This document shows positions 56,448 through 57,413 of a stretch of 57,413 nt of DNA, one piece after another (the first letter of the stretch is position 1; every line of letters begins with the position of its first letter). A program made the translations under genes and the position numbers. Source of the DNA: Candidatus Ancaeobacter aquaticus (GTDB lineage: Bacteria; Auribacterota; Ancaeobacteria; Ancaeobacterales; Ancaeobacteraceae); NCBI GenBank assembly GCA_030765405.1, contig JAVCCP010000054.1, positions 1 through 57,413 on the forward strand, given 5' to 3'. The notes beneath the pieces were generated by a model. It saw nothing but the letters and a program-made list of their open reading frames with translations, made no database searches and was not told where the DNA came from.

Positions 56448-56482
56448 ACAATGAACTATGAACAAACAACAATGAACGAAAA
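56448..56482. repeat. 7-bp tandem units ACAATGA before the ArfB-like start
   Basis: acaatga actatga acaaaca acaatga acgaaaa. Confidence 0.65.
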
Positions 56483-56483
56483 T

Positions 56484-56903
56484 ATGGATAAATTTGGCGT
56501 AAGCTCAGCAAAAGAAAAAAAACTTAACGAAATTATGGTTCGTTTAAAAATATATGAACGAGACTTCAAAGAATCGTTTATTCGTTCTCGTGGTTCTGGT
56601 GGACAGAATGTTAATAAGGTCGCAACCTGTGTATATTTAAAACATATTCCCACCGGTCTTGAAGTAAAATGCAGTAAACATAGATCCCAAGCGCTAAACC
56701 GTTATTCTGCCCGTAAATTACTCGCTGAAAAGATCGAAGAAAAAGTGCTCGGTAAAAAGTCTGAGAAACGAAAAAAAATAGAAAAAATCAGAAGGCAAAA
56801 AAGAAAAAGATCTAAAAGAGCAAAGGAAAAGATGCTTGAAGAAAAGAAGAAGCAATCAGACAAAAAAGTGTTACGTAAAAAAGTACCTATTAATGGGGAA
56901 TGA
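56484..56903 (+). CDS. Short class-I release-factor homolog (ArfB/YaeJ-C12orf65 type peptidyl-tRNA hydrolase)
   Basis: RSRGSGGQNVNK GGQ motif, HIPTG, RSQALNR, very basic C-tail; start moved from 56451 to ATG 56484 because the extension is a heptamer repeat. Confidence 0.85.
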   Translation: MDKFGVSSAKEKKLNEIMVRLKIYERDFKESFIRSRGSGGQNVNKVATCVYLKHIPTGLEVKCSKHRSQALNRYSARKLLAEKIEEKVLGKKSEKRKKIEKIRRQKRKRSKRAKEKMLEEKKKQSDKKVLRKKVPINGE

Positions 56904-57156
56904 AAAAGCTGTCTTGGTTATGGGTGATATTAGATATGATCTCAGTAAGCATGGTTCAAAGTCATTGTATGAGTATGCTGATATTGAATTTGATTATGCT
57001 ATAACTATGGGGTGCGGTGATGCCTGTCCTAATATAACTGCAAAAAATCGGGATGACTGGCAAATTCCGGATCCGAAACATATGCCAATTGAAGAATTTA
57101 AGCAGATTAGAGATTGCATTGAAGATAAAGTAAAAAAACTGATAGAAACGTTATAA
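56890..57156 (+). pseudogene. arsC: 5'-truncated arsenate reductase / LMW-PTP fragment
   Basis: YDLSKHGSKSL, ITMGCGDACP, DWQIPDPK, IRDCIEDKV match the C-terminal part of ArsC; no CX5R P-loop upstream in frame. Confidence 0.7.
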
Positions 57157-57324
57157 ATGCTACATGTTGGGTGTTAATGAGGATGGATAAAATCAAGTTG
57201 ACAATTGTGGAGAAACAGGTACATTTATTGTTGGAGTGATTTTGATTATTTATTGGTTTTGCTTTCAGTATTTTAAGGGGGATTAGCCCATAGGTGTTAA
57301 GTTAAGGGAGTAAAAATCTGTAAA

Positions 57325-57370
57325 TATTGCCAACTATTTGTATTGCCAACTATTTTTTTTGTGTTATAAT
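57325..57370 (+). promoter_or_regulatory. Promoter for a gene beyond the window, with a tandem 15-bp duplication of the -35 region
   Basis: TATTGCCAACTATTT at 57325 and 57341; TTGCCA-16bp-TATAAT with extended -10 TG. Confidence 0.5.
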
Positions 57371-57413
57371 CCGATAGCATCATATAAATATCGGAATATA
57401 ATTAATAAAGGGA

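Noticed and set aside
56038..56511. Minus-strand ORFs 56038-56298 and 56323-56511
   Set aside because: Antisense translations of tRNA-Asp and the duplicated terminator
56484..56903. PrfH-RtcB ribosome repair system
   Set aside because: No rtcB neighbour, and the protein is too short for PrfH

Overview
This is a low-GC, gene-dense bacterial chromosomal segment, mostly housekeeping. Gene content and order suggest a PVC-like diderm anaerobe (Omnitrophota-type); this placement is an inference. In order it contains: a complete moxR-DUF58-batABCDE operon with a PilZ gene inserted between batC and batD; a B12-binding radical SAM gene; leuA-aroE-pilD; a 773-aa orphan exported protein with a six-hairpin-glycosidase-like domain; aroC-aroK-aroB-dprA-topA-xerC-waaA-PTS EIIA-lpxK; a tol-pal operon ending in a LysM lipoprotein; an AT-rich islet with an excisionase-like HTH gene pair; gcvTHPaPb-DUF5752-treT-lipoate ligase; pdp; tRNA-Val; an LPS glycosyltransferase cluster with six GT9 domains, including GT9-ELM1 and GT4-GT9 fusions; tRNA-Asp; an ArfB-like GGQ factor; and a 5'-truncated arsC. 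No CRISPR array, rRNA, transposase or integrase cargo was seen. The most unusual signals are non-coding. (1) At least a dozen intergenic tracts of degenerate 7-bp repeats obey a polarity rule (one orientation just after stop codons, the reverse complement just before starts) and form long hairpins where both arms survive. (2) A GGGACAGTCCC REP-like palindrome family occurs at four loci, and two copies bracket the orphan 773-aa gene as direct repeats. (3) A 219-bp unit at tRNA-Asp duplicates the tRNA 3' end plus terminator and carries a perfect 20-nt antisense copy of the tRNA's anticodon arm. All calls are from reading the sequence; no searches were run.
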